Positions 28,852-38,487 of a stretch of DNA of 64,000 nucleotides are shown here, in pieces. The stretch's first letter is position 1. Every line of letters begins with the position of its first letter. A program made the position numbers and the translations under genes. This stretch comes from Anaerolineae bacterium. GTDB lineage: Bacteria; Chloroflexota; Anaerolineae; B4-G1; SLSP01. Under the pieces are notes generated by a model. The model was given only the letters and a program-made list of their open reading frames with translations, made no database searches and was not told where the DNA came from. The stretch lies in the NCBI GenBank assembly GCA_040767155.1, contig JAXGPC010000005.1, positions 63,492 to 127,491 of the forward strand, in the 5' to 3' direction.

Positions 28852-29007
28852 GCCGATCCCCAAGCATGTCCACTTTGTGCTAGCGCGGTGTCCACAACGT
28901 GCGAGACAACACTATAGGCTTCCAATATACTTAAGTTGTGGGAATGGGTATATCAAAATACTAATGAAGTGACCTCTGAAGTCAGTTACCTCGAGCGGGC
29001 ATGAGAG

Positions 29008-29418
29008 ATGGCGTTGCCCAGATTGCTACTGGTTGAGAACGATCCGTACTACATCTACTTGCTCCGAATGTATGCGGAACAGAGTGGGTTTGCCGTTGTC
29101 GTGGCCAGTTCGGGGATGGGGGTTGAGGCACTGGCACAACGGGAGAAGCCCGTTGTCATTGTTCTGGAGTCAGACCTCCCCGAGGTGAGCGGTTGGGAGG
29201 TCCTTTCAAGGCTGCGCTCCGAGCCATGTACGCAGACAACACCGGTAGTGATCTGTCTGTGGCAAGACAGCGAACGAGGCTATGAGGTGCACTCAACGGA
29301 GTTCGTGCTTCACAAGCCGATGGAGTTCGACGACTTTGTCTATGCACTCAGCACTTTGGGCGTGCTGTCCGGCGACAATCTTGGGCGCCCGCACTATCCT
29401 GCGCCGGCAGATGCCTGA
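29008..29418 (+). CDS. stand-alone response-regulator receiver domain protein
   Basis: CheY-like fold: LLLVENDPY...[18 protein letters not shown]...HKP with a conserved phospho-acceptor Asp context. No output domain. First gene of the 18 kb same-strand cluster. Confidence 0.65.
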   Translation: MALPRLLLVENDPYYIYLLRMYAEQSGFAVVVASSGMGVEALAQREKPVVIVLESDLPEVSGWEVLSRLRSEPCTQTTPVVICLWQDSERGYEVHSTEFVLHKPMEFDDFVYALSTLGVLSGDNLGRPHYPAPADA

Positions 29419-29477
29419 GGCGTTTGCCTGCGGTTGGAGCACAGCCAGCATCGCACGACCGTGATGAGGAAGAGTCT

Positions 29478-30530
29478 ATGACCAACATCCAGACCCGAGA
29501 ACCGGCGCAGTATCTCCTGGAAGTTAATAACCTGAGGAAGCATTTCCCCATCACCCGGGGCTTTTTCTCCACAAAGACAGTGGGATATGTCAAAGCGGTG
29601 GATGATGTGAGCTTCTTCATCCGTCCAGGAGAGACGTTGGGTCTGGTGGGAGAGAGTGGTTGCGGGAAGACGACCACTGGGCGCGTCATCATGCGCGCCT
29701 ATGAACCGACCGGGGGCGAGGTGTGGTTCGATGACCAGGATCTTGGGCGTATCAATGTCGCCGATCTGGATCGACATCAACTCAAGCAGATGCGACAGAA
29801 CATGCAGATGATCTTCCAGGACCCCTATTCGTCTCTTAACCCTCGCATGACGCTACTGCAGATCGTTGGCGAACCCCTCTACGTCAATGGAATCGCCAAA
29901 GGATCCGAACTGCAGGATCGTGTGGCGAATCTGCTCCGTGTCGTTGGGCTCCGGCCGGAGTATATGACACGCTATCCCCATGCATTCAGCGGTGGGCAGC
30001 GGCAGAGGATTGGCGTCGCGCGAGCTTTGGCGGTGAACCCACAGCTCGTGGTCTGCGATGAACCGGTCTCGGCGCTGGACGTCTCCATCCAGGCACAGAC
30101 GCTAAACCTGCTTCAGGACCTGCAAGAGGAGTTCAATCTTACGTACCTCTTCATCTCGCACGATCTGAGTGTCGTCGAGCATATCAGTGACCGTGTTGCC
30201 GTGATGTATGTCGGCAAGCTGGTGGAACACGCCGCGACCAGCGTGCTGTTCTGGCATCCCCTTCATCCTTACACCGAAGCCCTGCTGTCTGCGGTCCCGA
30301 AGCCTGACCCGCGCTTCAGAACGGAGCCTATCGTCCTGGAGGGGGATGTCGCTGATCCTGCTAACCCGCCCAGTGGCTGTTATTTCCATCCTCGCTGCCG
30401 CTATGCACAGCCCATCTGTTCCGAGGAAGCGCCTGTGCTACGGGAGTTGGAGAAAGATCACTTTGTGAGTTGTCACCGGGCTGAGGAGCTTCACCTGATG
30501 GGTGTCCTCGGGAGGGAAAACACTGCCTGA
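29478..30530 (+). CDS. Opp/Dpp-family ABC transporter ATP-binding protein, OppF/DppF-like
   Basis: Walker [10 protein letters not shown], signature LSGGQRQR, Walker [13 protein letters not shown] and an Opp C-terminal domain ([10 protein letters not shown]). Preferred start is ATG at 29478 after a GAGGAAG RBS. Confidence 0.85.
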   Translation: MTNIQTREPAQYLLEVNNLRKHFPITRGFFSTKTVGYVKAVDDVSFFIRPGETLGLVGESGCGKTTTGRVIMRAYEPTGGEVWFDDQDLGRINVADLDRHQLKQMRQNMQMIFQDPYSSLNPRMTLLQIVGEPLYVNGIAKGSELQDRVANLLRVVGLRPEYMTRYPHAFSGGQRQRIGVARALAVNPQLVVCDEPVSALDVSIQAQTLNLLQDLQEEFNLTYLFISHDLSVVEHISDRVAVMYVGKLVEHAATSVLFWHPLHPYTEALLSAVPKPDPRFRTEPIVLEGDVADPANPPSGCYFHPRCRYAQPICSEEAPVLRELEKDHFVSCHRAEELHLMGVLGRENTA

Positions 30531-30644
30531 GATCAGCGAAGGAGGTGCGTATTGCCAGATGCTGTGATTGACCCGCCTTGTGTGCGGGAGCTGTTGTGAA
30601 TTGGGCATCCGTTTCCTAGCATCAGTATCAGGAGGTTGTAATCG

Positions 30645-32726
30645 ATGAGTCAGCGACATAAGCTAACTCGGCGCCAGTTCCTGTACCTGTCCACTCTGGC
30701 AACTGCTGGTGCGGTTGCTTCGGCTTGTGGCGGACCTCTTACCCCGGAGGTAACCGAGCCGGAGCCGACCGCAGTGCCCGCGGAGCCTACGGCTGTGCCA
30801 CCTACGGCCAAGCCCGATGAGCCAGAAGCGACGGCGAAGCCCGCGGAACCCACAGCGGTACCGGAGCCCGTGAGCATGTACAAGGAAGCCCCGATGCTGG
30901 CAGCTCTGGTGGCATCGGGCGATCTTCCCCCGGTTGAGGAGCGCCTGCCCCTGAACCCGTACGTTGTCGATTGTCGTGAGTCCATTGGCAAGTACGGCGG
31001 GAACCTCCGCCGTGGCTTCAAGGGCGTCTCTGATCGCTGGGGACCCACGAAGCACGTCGACCGGACCCTCGTCTGGCTGGATCGCGACATGAATCTAATC
31101 CCCCGTCTCATCGAGAGCTGGGACGTCAGCGACGATGCCAAGACGTTCACGTTCCACCTGCGCAAGGGTCTCAAGTACTCCGATGGCGTGGAAATGACCA
31201 GCGCGGACTTCAAGTGGTATTACGAACACTATGCCGCGCATCCGGATCTCCAGCCGGGCTTGTGGACGAAGCTGACGACGGTTGGCGAGGATGGCAAGAA
31301 GGTTCTGTGTGAGGCAGAGTTCCCCGATGACTACACCGTCGTCTACAAGTTTGCGCATCCGAATCCCCTTCTGATGTACCAGGGGCTGCGCGAACTCCAT
31401 GGGTTCTCTATGCCTTCTCACTACATGAAGCAGTTCCACATTGACACAACGGATGACGTGGCCGCCCTCGAAACAGCCACCACGGAGGCCGGATTCAACG
31501 CCTGGAACGAGTACTTCGAAGACCGCCATTTGTTCCATCTGAATCCGGAGCACCCGTGGCCCACGCCGTGGATTGCCAAGAACTCGCTCAATGAGGAACT
31601 CTTCATGATGGAGCGAAACCCCTACTACTTTGGCGTCGATCCCGAAGGGAACCAACTCCCGTACCTCGATACGGTCACGCATCGCCTGTTCGAGGCCATC
31701 GATGTTTTCAACCTTTGGATCGTGAACGGGGAAATCGACTTCCACAACCGCCACGTCGCGCTTGCCAACTACAGCCTCTTCAAGGAGAACGAGGCCAACG
31801 GCGACTACAAAGTATTTGTGGGTGTCAGCGCCGGCCATGATGCGCTTCAACTCAACCTGGCGACCAAGGAGCCCAAGCTCAACGAGTTCTTCAACACGCG
31901 CGATGTCCGCATTGCCATCTCCCACGCCATCAATCGAGATGAGTACAACGACCTGATCTACGATGGCATGTGTACGCCGCGTCAGTACAGCCCGATCTCG
32001 CTGTCGGCCAACTACTATCCCAAGCTGTCAGAGGCCTACATCGACTACGATCCTGATCTGGCGAACCAGATGCTCGACGATGCGGGGTACGACCAGCGTG
32101 ACTCTGAAGGCTATCGGATGTTCAAAGATGGCAGCGGCCCAATCAGTTTCATCATCGAGGGCACGGCTGAGCCCGGTAGCAGTGGTGAGGATGGGGTACT
32201 GCTGATCGTGAAGTACCTGAACGATGTCGGCATCAAGGCGACTTGGAAGTACTTTGAGCGCTCGCTCTACACCGAGCACTATGAAGCCAATGAGATCGAG
32301 GCGGCGTGGTGGGGCGGTGACCGTACGGTGCTTCCATTGGCACCTTCGGCGATCATCTTCCGCGGTGTACAGCCTGACCGGCCATGGGCGGCCGGCTTCG
32401 GTCTGTGGTGGGAGGATGCTACCGATCCCAATGGTGTTGAGCCACCCGAGGGGCACTTCATCTGGAAGATCTGGGAAGCCTGGGACAAAGTTGCCGCGTC
32501 CCCGGACCCCGCGGATCAGAACAAGCACTTCCAGGAGCTCCTGGATATCTGGGCCGAGGAGTTGCCGATGATCGGTGTGGTGGGCGAGATGCCTGCCCCC
32601 ATCATTGTCAAGAACGGCTTCCACAACTACCTGCCAGGCCAGCCCATCGATGATACGTCTGGCGATGAGCACCTGCTGCAGACGGAGTCCTACTTCTGGG
32701 ACGATCCAGACGCGCACGCGGCCTAG
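30645..32726 (+). CDS. ABC transporter substrate-binding lipoprotein, SBP family 5 (peptide/oligosaccharide), with Tat-like signal and a Pro/Thr/Ala-rich linker
   Basis: N-terminal RRQFLYLSTLATAGAVASACGG (twin-Arg plus lipobox Cys), then a low-complexity linker (EPTAVPAEPTAVPPTAKPDEPEATAKPAEPTAVPEP), then a family-5 SBP fold. Length 693 aa. Confidence 0.85.
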   Translation: MSQRHKLTRRQFLYLSTLATAGAVASACGGPLTPEVTEPEPTAVPAEPTAVPPTAKPDEPEATAKPAEPTAVPEPVSMYKEAPMLAALVASGDLPPVEERLPLNPYVVDCRESIGKYGGNLRRGFKGVSDRWGPTKHVDRTLVWLDRDMNLIPRLIESWDVSDDAKTFTFHLRKGLKYSDGVEMTSADFKWYYEHYAAHPDLQPGLWTKLTTVGEDGKKVLCEAEFPDDYTVVYKFAHPNPLLMYQGLRELHGFSMPSHYMKQFHIDTTDDVAALETATTEAGFNAWNEYFEDRHLFHLNPEHPWPTPWIAKNSLNEELFMMERNPYYFGVDPEGNQLPYLDTVTHRLFEAIDVFNLWIVNGEIDFHNRHVALANYSLFKENEANGDYKVFVGVSAGHDALQLNLATKEPKLNEFFNTRDVRIAISHAINRDEYNDLIYDGMCTPRQYSPISLSANYYPKLSEAYIDYDPDLANQMLDDAGYDQRDSEGYRMFKDGSGPISFIIEGTAEPGSSGEDGVLLIVKYLNDVGIKATWKYFERSLYTEHYEANEIEAAWWGGDRTVLPLAPSAIIFRGVQPDRPWAAGFGLWWEDATDPNGVEPPEGHFIWKIWEAWDKVAASPDPADQNKHFQELLDIWAEELPMIGVVGEMPAPIIVKNGFHNYLPGQPIDDTSGDEHLLQTESYFWDDPDAHAA

Positions 32727-32925
32727 GGCACGTGCTTGTCGACTGTCGGGGGCGGGCTCTTGCACCCGCCCCCACTGGCAGCGTGCGGGATAAGTGATAA
32801 GGGACAAGAGATAAGGGGCAAGGAACAGGGGAGGCGATGAGAGGCCCAGGCTATGCCTTGAACTTCTCTTTGCCACTCCCTTATCCCCTATCCCTTCTCA
32901 CCTATATGAGGGCAGGAGGACGCGA

Positions 32926-33915
32926 ATGCTGAAGTACATACTCAAGCGGATCGCGATCATGATTCCCACGCTAATCATGATCTCGATGATCTCGTTTGCG
33001 ATCATTCAATTGCCGCCCGGGGACTACCTTACCTCCTATGTGGCCGGGCTGCGCCAGATGGGTGATAACGTGGATGAGACCGAGATCGAGGCGCTCCGAC
33101 AGCGGTATGGGCTCGGCCAGCCGGTCTATGTTCAGTACTATAAGTGGGTCTCCGGAATAATCCTGCGGGGTGACTGGGGTCAGTCCATGGAGTGGCGCAA
33201 ACCGGTCAAGGACCTCATCTGGGAGCGGATGGCCCTGACAGTGGCGCTGTCCCTGGTCTCGGTTCTGGTGAGTTGGTTCGTGGCGATTCCCGTCGGGGTG
33301 TTTTCGGCGACCCATCAGTACTCACTGCCGGACTACGTCTTCTCGGCCCTGAGCTTCATTGGCGCGGGCTTGCCGGGTTTCATGATCGCTTTGGTGGTCA
33401 TGTGGGTGGCAATGCGCCAACTGGGACTCAATGTGGGTGGGCTCTTCTCACAGGAATACCTGGTGGCACCCTGGAGCTGGCCCAAGTTCGTAGACCTCCT
33501 CAAACACCTCTGGATCCCTGTACTCATTGTCGCACTGGGGAGCACGGCGGGCAGCATTCGTACGACGCGTGCCAACGTGCTGGATGAACTCAACAAACCC
33601 TATGTCGAGACGGCCCGTGCCAAGGGACTGAAGGAGCGGAAGTTGGTTTGGAAGTATCCGGTGCGCGTGGCGATGAACCCCTTCTTTAGCACGGTGGGCT
33701 GGACGTTGGCCAATCTCATTTCCGGTCAGACGTTGGTGGCCTATGTGCTCAGTCTGCAGACAACGGGACCGATGATGCTGCGTGCCCTGACATCGCAGGA
33801 TATGTATCTGGCAGGCAGTTTTCTATTGCTGCTGAGCACGCTCACGGTTATTGGCACGCTGATATCGGACATTCTGCTGGCGTGGTTCGACCCCCGCATT
33901 CGGGTGGAGGGCTAG
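32926..33915 (+). CDS. ABC transporter permease, DppB/OppB-like
   Basis: Six TM segments and the EAA-like motif region (ARAKGLKERKLVWKYPVRVAMNP) of binding-protein-dependent permeases. Confidence 0.85.
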   Translation: MLKYILKRIAIMIPTLIMISMISFAIIQLPPGDYLTSYVAGLRQMGDNVDETEIEALRQRYGLGQPVYVQYYKWVSGIILRGDWGQSMEWRKPVKDLIWERMALTVALSLVSVLVSWFVAIPVGVFSATHQYSLPDYVFSALSFIGAGLPGFMIALVVMWVAMRQLGLNVGGLFSQEYLVAPWSWPKFVDLLKHLWIPVLIVALGSTAGSIRTTRANVLDELNKPYVETARAKGLKERKLVWKYPVRVAMNPFFSTVGWTLANLISGQTLVAYVLSLQTTGPMMLRALTSQDMYLAGSFLLLLSTLTVIGTLISDILLAWFDPRIRVEG

Positions 33916-33918
33916 AAG

Positions 33919-35103
33919 ATGACAACCTCACCACGAGGTATCCCCGAGGAAGTGCGTGACCGGCAGGCGCTGGATAGAAGTCTTGAGGAAGAGGCCGCTG
34001 GCTTACAGGAGGAACGGCTCTATGTCGCCAGCCAATGGCAGTTGATGTGGTGGAAGTTCCGCAGACACAAGCTGGCAATGGCTGGAGGCGTCATCCTGAT
34101 CATCTTCTACCTGGTAGCCATCTTTGCGGAGTTTGTCGCGCCCTATGATCCCGAGGCCTACTTCGCCCGGTACAAACTGGCGCCGCCGACGCCCATCCGC
34201 ATCATCGATACCGAGGGTAACCTGCACCGCCCCTTCATCTACCAACGCGACCGCGTACGCAATGAAGAGACGCTGCGCTACTACTACATTGACGACATCA
34301 CGATCCTTCATCCCGTCAGGTTCTTCGTAAAGGGAACTCCCTACAAGCTCTGGGGACTCTTCGAAACCGACGTGCACCTTTTCGGCGTTGAGGCGGCCCG
34401 GGAGGAGCAGGGCGTGTTCCTGGCTGGTGCGGACCGGCTGGGGCGCGATGTGTTCTCACGACTTTGCTATGGCGCGCGGATCTCCCTTTCGATCGGTCTC
34501 ATTGGCGTTTTGTTGAGCCTGTTCCTGGGGATCATCTTGGGTGGGATCTCAGGATACTATGGCGGACGGATCGACACGATCATCCAGCGGGTGATCGAGT
34601 TCGTGCGCACGATTCCGAACATTCCATTGTGGATGGCGTTGAGTGCCGCTTTGCCCGCAGACTGGCCGGTAGTCCGACTCTACTTTGGCATCACCATCAT
34701 TCTCTCACTTATCGGGTGGACCGGGATGGCGCGGGTAGTTCGAGGGCGTTTCCTGGCGCTCCGCAATGAGGACTTTGTCCTGGCGGCGCGGCTCTGCGGC
34801 TCCAGTGAGATCCGCATCATCCTGCGGCACATGGTGCCTTCGTTCTTGAGTCATATCATTGCGAGCCTCACTATCGCGATACCTGGTACGATTCTCGGCG
34901 AGACAGGCTTGAGCTTCATCGGTCTGGGTCTGCGTGCTCCAGCGATCAGTTGGGGGGTTTTGCTACAGGAGGCCCAGAACGTCCGTTCGCTGGCACAGGC
35001 GCCTTGGGTCTTTGCCCCCGCTTTCGCCGTCGTGCTGACCGTGTTCGCTTTCAACTTCCTGGGCGACGGGCTTCGGGACGCGGCGGACCCGTACGCCCGT
35101 TAG
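33919..35103 (+). CDS. ABC transporter permease, DppC/OppC-like, with extended N-terminus
   Basis: OppC-type motifs (LGRDVFSRLCYGARISLSIGL...) and C-terminal TM bundle. It starts 4 nt after the previous gene. Confidence 0.85.
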   Translation: MTTSPRGIPEEVRDRQALDRSLEEEAAGLQEERLYVASQWQLMWWKFRRHKLAMAGGVILIIFYLVAIFAEFVAPYDPEAYFARYKLAPPTPIRIIDTEGNLHRPFIYQRDRVRNEETLRYYYIDDITILHPVRFFVKGTPYKLWGLFETDVHLFGVEAAREEQGVFLAGADRLGRDVFSRLCYGARISLSIGLIGVLLSLFLGIILGGISGYYGGRIDTIIQRVIEFVRTIPNIPLWMALSAALPADWPVVRLYFGITIILSLIGWTGMARVVRGRFLALRNEDFVLAARLCGSSEIRIILRHMVPSFLSHIIASLTIAIPGTILGETGLSFIGLGLRAPAISWGVLLQEAQNVRSLAQAPWVFAPAFAVVLTVFAFNFLGDGLRDAADPYAR

Positions 35104-35119
35104 TGATAGGAGCACATCA

Positions 35120-36154
35120 GTGGACAGTAATGACCTGCTCGTAGAAGTAAAGAACCTGCAGACCTACTTCTTCCTCGATGAGGGTACGGTTCGTGCGGTG
35201 GACGGCTGCGATTTCGATATCCATAGAGGCGAAGTCCTGGGTGTTGTGGGGGAGAGCGGCTGTGGGAAAAGCGTCACTGCACGGTCGATTATCAGAATTG
35301 TGGCCAAGCCGGGTCGTATTGTGGGCGGGCAGATTCTCTACCACCGGCGTCCAAATGGCAGCGGGCATGGAGAGGTGATCGATCTGACGAAGCTTCCGCC
35401 GCAAGGGGATGAGATGCGCCACATCCGCGGTGGTGAGATCTCGATGGTTTTTCAGGAGCCGATGACGTCTCTTAGTCCGGTTCACACAATTGGCAATCAG
35501 ATTGTTGAGGGCATTGTGCTACACCAGAACGTGGGCCCGGAGGAGGCGCGCGCGCGGGCAATCGAAATGCTGGACTTTGTGGGCATGCCATTCCCCAGCC
35601 GCACCATCGATCAGTTCTCGTACGAACTCAGCGGCGGGATGCGCCAACGCGCGATGATCGCTATGGCTCTCTCCTGCAACCCCAGCCTCCTGATCGCTGA
35701 TGAGCCCACGACGGCTCTCGATGTGACGACCGAAGCTCAGATTCTCACACTTATGCGCCGCTTGCAGTATGAGTTGGGAATGGCGATTATGTACATCACC
35801 CACAACCTGGGCGTAGTCGCACAGATGGCCGAGAATGTGGTTGTGATGTACATGGGAAAGATCGTGGAACAGGCCGATGTCGACACGATCTTCCACAAGC
35901 CACTGCATCCGTACACGCGGGCGCTGCTGCATTCCATCCCGCGTCTGGGAACCAAGACTGCAGAGCGGCGACGCCTCGCCTCCATCAGAGGGATGGTACC
36001 TGATCCCTACGCGCTCCCCAGAGGTTGTGCGTTTCACCCGCGGTGCAGTGACATGAGACCCGGCATGTGTGACGAGGTTGAGCCGCCCATGGTTGAGGTG
36101 GAGCCGGGACACAAGGTTCGCTGCCATCAGATTGCCGAACTACCCCAACCATGA
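35120..36154 (+). CDS. Opp/Dpp-family ABC transporter ATP-binding protein, OppD/DppD-like
   Basis: Walker A GESGCGKS, signature LSGGMRQR, Walker [13 protein letters not shown] and C-terminal CAFHPRC motif. Confidence 0.85.
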   Translation: MDSNDLLVEVKNLQTYFFLDEGTVRAVDGCDFDIHRGEVLGVVGESGCGKSVTARSIIRIVAKPGRIVGGQILYHRRPNGSGHGEVIDLTKLPPQGDEMRHIRGGEISMVFQEPMTSLSPVHTIGNQIVEGIVLHQNVGPEEARARAIEMLDFVGMPFPSRTIDQFSYELSGGMRQRAMIAMALSCNPSLLIADEPTTALDVTTEAQILTLMRRLQYELGMAIMYITHNLGVVAQMAENVVVMYMGKIVEQADVDTIFHKPLHPYTRALLHSIPRLGTKTAERRRLASIRGMVPDPYALPRGCAFHPRCSDMRPGMCDEVEPPMVEVEPGHKVRCHQIAELPQP

Positions 36155-36157
36155 GAT

Positions 36158-37885
36158 ATGAAAGCATTCCTGGTCTTCCCCCCCCATTGGCTACCAACCA
36201 TGCCTCATCTTGCGCTGCCGATGCTCACCGCATCGCTGCGAGCGACGGGGATCGAGGTCATCCAGCGCGACCTCAATGTGGAGGTCTTTGACAGCCTGCT
36301 GACCCAGGCCTATCTCGAAGATTCCCTGGCACGCCTGGCATCGGAGCCGCCTGCAACTCTCACGCCCACCACAGTGAGACATGCGCTCGATCACGGCGCT
36401 GACCTTGCCCGTCGGGTTACGTCGGCCAAGGCGGTGATTCGCGATGCACGTTTCTACGATGGCCAAACCAGCGTCGAAGCGTTTATGACACTGGTTCAGG
36501 GGCTGGAGTTGGCGTCAATGCCATTCCACCCTACAGAGTTCCAGATCACCAGGTTCGTACCTCCGGGGTCGGTTGACAGTAGCCGGACGTTGCTGCAACT
36601 GGTCGAGGACCCTGGACGCAACCCCTTCTACGCCGTCTTTCAACGTGGCATTGTCCAGGATATCCTCCACGAACTTCCAGACCTTGTGGGGATCTCTATC
36701 CCTACCATGGACCAGATGCTGGCAGGAATGACCCTGGCCTATCTGCTCAAGCGAGCAGGGTCACCAGCGCATGTGACGATCGGCGGCCCGCACATTACGA
36801 TGCTGCGCGAGCAACTCCTGAAAACGCCAGCGCTGTTCGATCTCTTCGATAGCGCAGTTGTCTTCGCCGGCGAGGGTCCGCTTCTGCGATTGATGGAAAC
36901 CATCGACCAGGGCCATGCTCTCTCCAAGGTGCCCAATCTGATCTATCGAGAGCGGGGACGAGTTCGTGCTACACCTGTGGTGCCGGCGGGGGACTGTGCA
37001 GTCGCCGACTCCCGGGGCCCTGACTTTGACGGTCTGCCGCTCGACAGGTACCTGACTCCTGAACTGATCCTGCCGTTGTTGAGCTCCTATGGGTGTTACC
37101 ACGGAAAGTGTGCGTTCTGCAACGTGGGGTATGGTGGACCAGATCGATTCCGGATGATGGACCCTGACCTCGTCGTGGACCAGATGCGCGCGCTCCGGCA
37201 ACGCTACGGTAGCCGTCACTTCTTCTTTTCTGATGAGGCCCTGACGCCGCGAACACTACGGGTTCTGTCGACGCGGCTTGCCGAAGGGGGAGATGACCTG
37301 GCCTGGTGTGGTTGCGCACGCCTCGATCCAGGCCTGACACGGGAGTTGCTGGAGACGATGGCGAGCGGTGGGTGTCGTATGCTTCTCTTTGGGTTGGAGA
37401 CGGCTGCCGAGTCGACGATCGCGCGGATGCATAAGGGTACCGAGCGACAGACGATGAGCCGCATCCTCCGCGATAGCGCGACGGCCGGAATGTGGAACCA
37501 TGCTTTCTTCTTCTTTGGTTTTCCAGGAGAAACGATGGAAGCGGCGCAGGAAACGGTGGATTTCCTCTATGCGCATCAGGATGCCATTCATTCGGCATCG
37601 CCCGGAGCCTTTCTCCTGGAACGCTACGCACCGGCGCACCGCGACCCGGCCAGCTATGGCATCACACGCATCCAGGAAGACCCTGTGCGCGATCTGGCCA
37701 TTTACTTCGACTATGACGTAGCTTCGGGACTGGACGAGGCCATGGCGGACCGCCTGGCGTCGAGGCTCGTCGATGTGCTGCCCAACAAGGCATTCGGACA
37801 GTACTATGTGGCAGATAGTTACCGGTTCCTGTATGCCAGCCATCTTTGGGACCACGGCGAGCGGTTTCCGCTCTGGTTGGCATAG
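36158..37885 (+). CDS. B12-binding-domain radical SAM protein (class B rSAM-like) with non-canonical cluster motif CYHGKCAFC (Cx4Cx2C)
   Basis: N-terminal cobalamin-binding-like Rossmann region (MKAFLVFPPHWLPTMPHLALPMLTASLRATGIEV). rSAM core SSYGCYHGKCAFCNVGYGG...FFFSDEALTP, then a C-terminal extension. It starts 4 nt after the oppD-like stop, so it is co-transcribed with the ABC transporter. Confidence 0.75.
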   Translation: MKAFLVFPPHWLPTMPHLALPMLTASLRATGIEVIQRDLNVEVFDSLLTQAYLEDSLARLASEPPATLTPTTVRHALDHGADLARRVTSAKAVIRDARFYDGQTSVEAFMTLVQGLELASMPFHPTEFQITRFVPPGSVDSSRTLLQLVEDPGRNPFYAVFQRGIVQDILHELPDLVGISIPTMDQMLAGMTLAYLLKRAGSPAHVTIGGPHITMLREQLLKTPALFDLFDSAVVFAGEGPLLRLMETIDQGHALSKVPNLIYRERGRVRATPVVPAGDCAVADSRGPDFDGLPLDRYLTPELILPLLSSYGCYHGKCAFCNVGYGGPDRFRMMDPDLVVDQMRALRQRYGSRHFFFSDEALTPRTLRVLSTRLAEGGDDLAWCGCARLDPGLTRELLETMASGGCRMLLFGLETAAESTIARMHKGTERQTMSRILRDSATAGMWNHAFFFFGFPGETMEAAQETVDFLYAHQDAIHSASPGAFLLERYAPAHRDPASYGITRIQEDPVRDLAIYFDYDVASGLDEAMADRLASRLVDVLPNKAFGQYYVADSYRFLYASHLWDHGERFPLWLA

Positions 37886-37958
37886 TGGGGCACGAAGACT
37901 GTGTGTAGGAGGCTAAGGCGGAGGTCTCTCGCTGCCTCCAGCTTATCGAGGTAGCCCG

Positions 37959-38411
37959 ATGCGAAGATTGGCAGACCAGATTGCCGTGTTCCTGGCCTGG
38001 GCCGTGGCTACGGCTCTCGGCTTCTGGGCCATGGTGGTGGTCAGGCAGGCTCTGATGTCAAGCCTGGCGGTGCACTATGTGGGGGATTCGGTACGGCGTG
38101 GCTGGGTCGCCCGTTTCTGGGGTCAGGCCTATTACGCGATCGCCGGGCTGGTCTACCTCATCTTCATCTTTGTCGTCGATGGCTATCTCAAGGATGGCAG
38201 GCCGAAGCGCGATGTGTTCCGACGATTTTGCGCCGTGGTTGGTGGTGAGCTTCTGATCATTTTCGTTGCCGATGTCGTGACGTCATGGGTGCAGAGTACT
38301 ATGCTTGGACACCTAAGTCGCATCCTGATACCGGTTGAGGGGATCATAGGCGTCACAATGGTGGTCTATGCGCGACTGCACAGGGCTGCGAACCAGCGGA
38401 TAAGCAAATAA
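37959..38411 (+). CDS. small integral membrane protein, about 4 TM, hypothetical
   Basis: Hydrophobic segments (IAVFLAWAVATALGFWAMVVV; YYAIAGLVYLIFIFVV; VVGGELLIIFVADVV; IIGVTMVVYA). Sits inside the same-strand cluster. Confidence 0.4.
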   Translation: MRRLADQIAVFLAWAVATALGFWAMVVVRQALMSSLAVHYVGDSVRRGWVARFWGQAYYAIAGLVYLIFIFVVDGYLKDGRPKRDVFRRFCAVVGGELLIIFVADVVTSWVQSTMLGHLSRILIPVEGIIGVTMVVYARLHRAANQRISK

Positions 38412-38487
38412 GCGCCGGGGCACAGAGCCGCCCGAGCTTGTCCTCCATTTATCAAGAACCTTCCTCTCCAGAAGGAGAACTACCGTC

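Noticed and set aside
37959-38411. Possibility that the 150-aa membrane ORF is a component of the ABC transporter or a holin
   Set aside because: There is no homology signal. It is retained only as a low-confidence hypothetical membrane protein.
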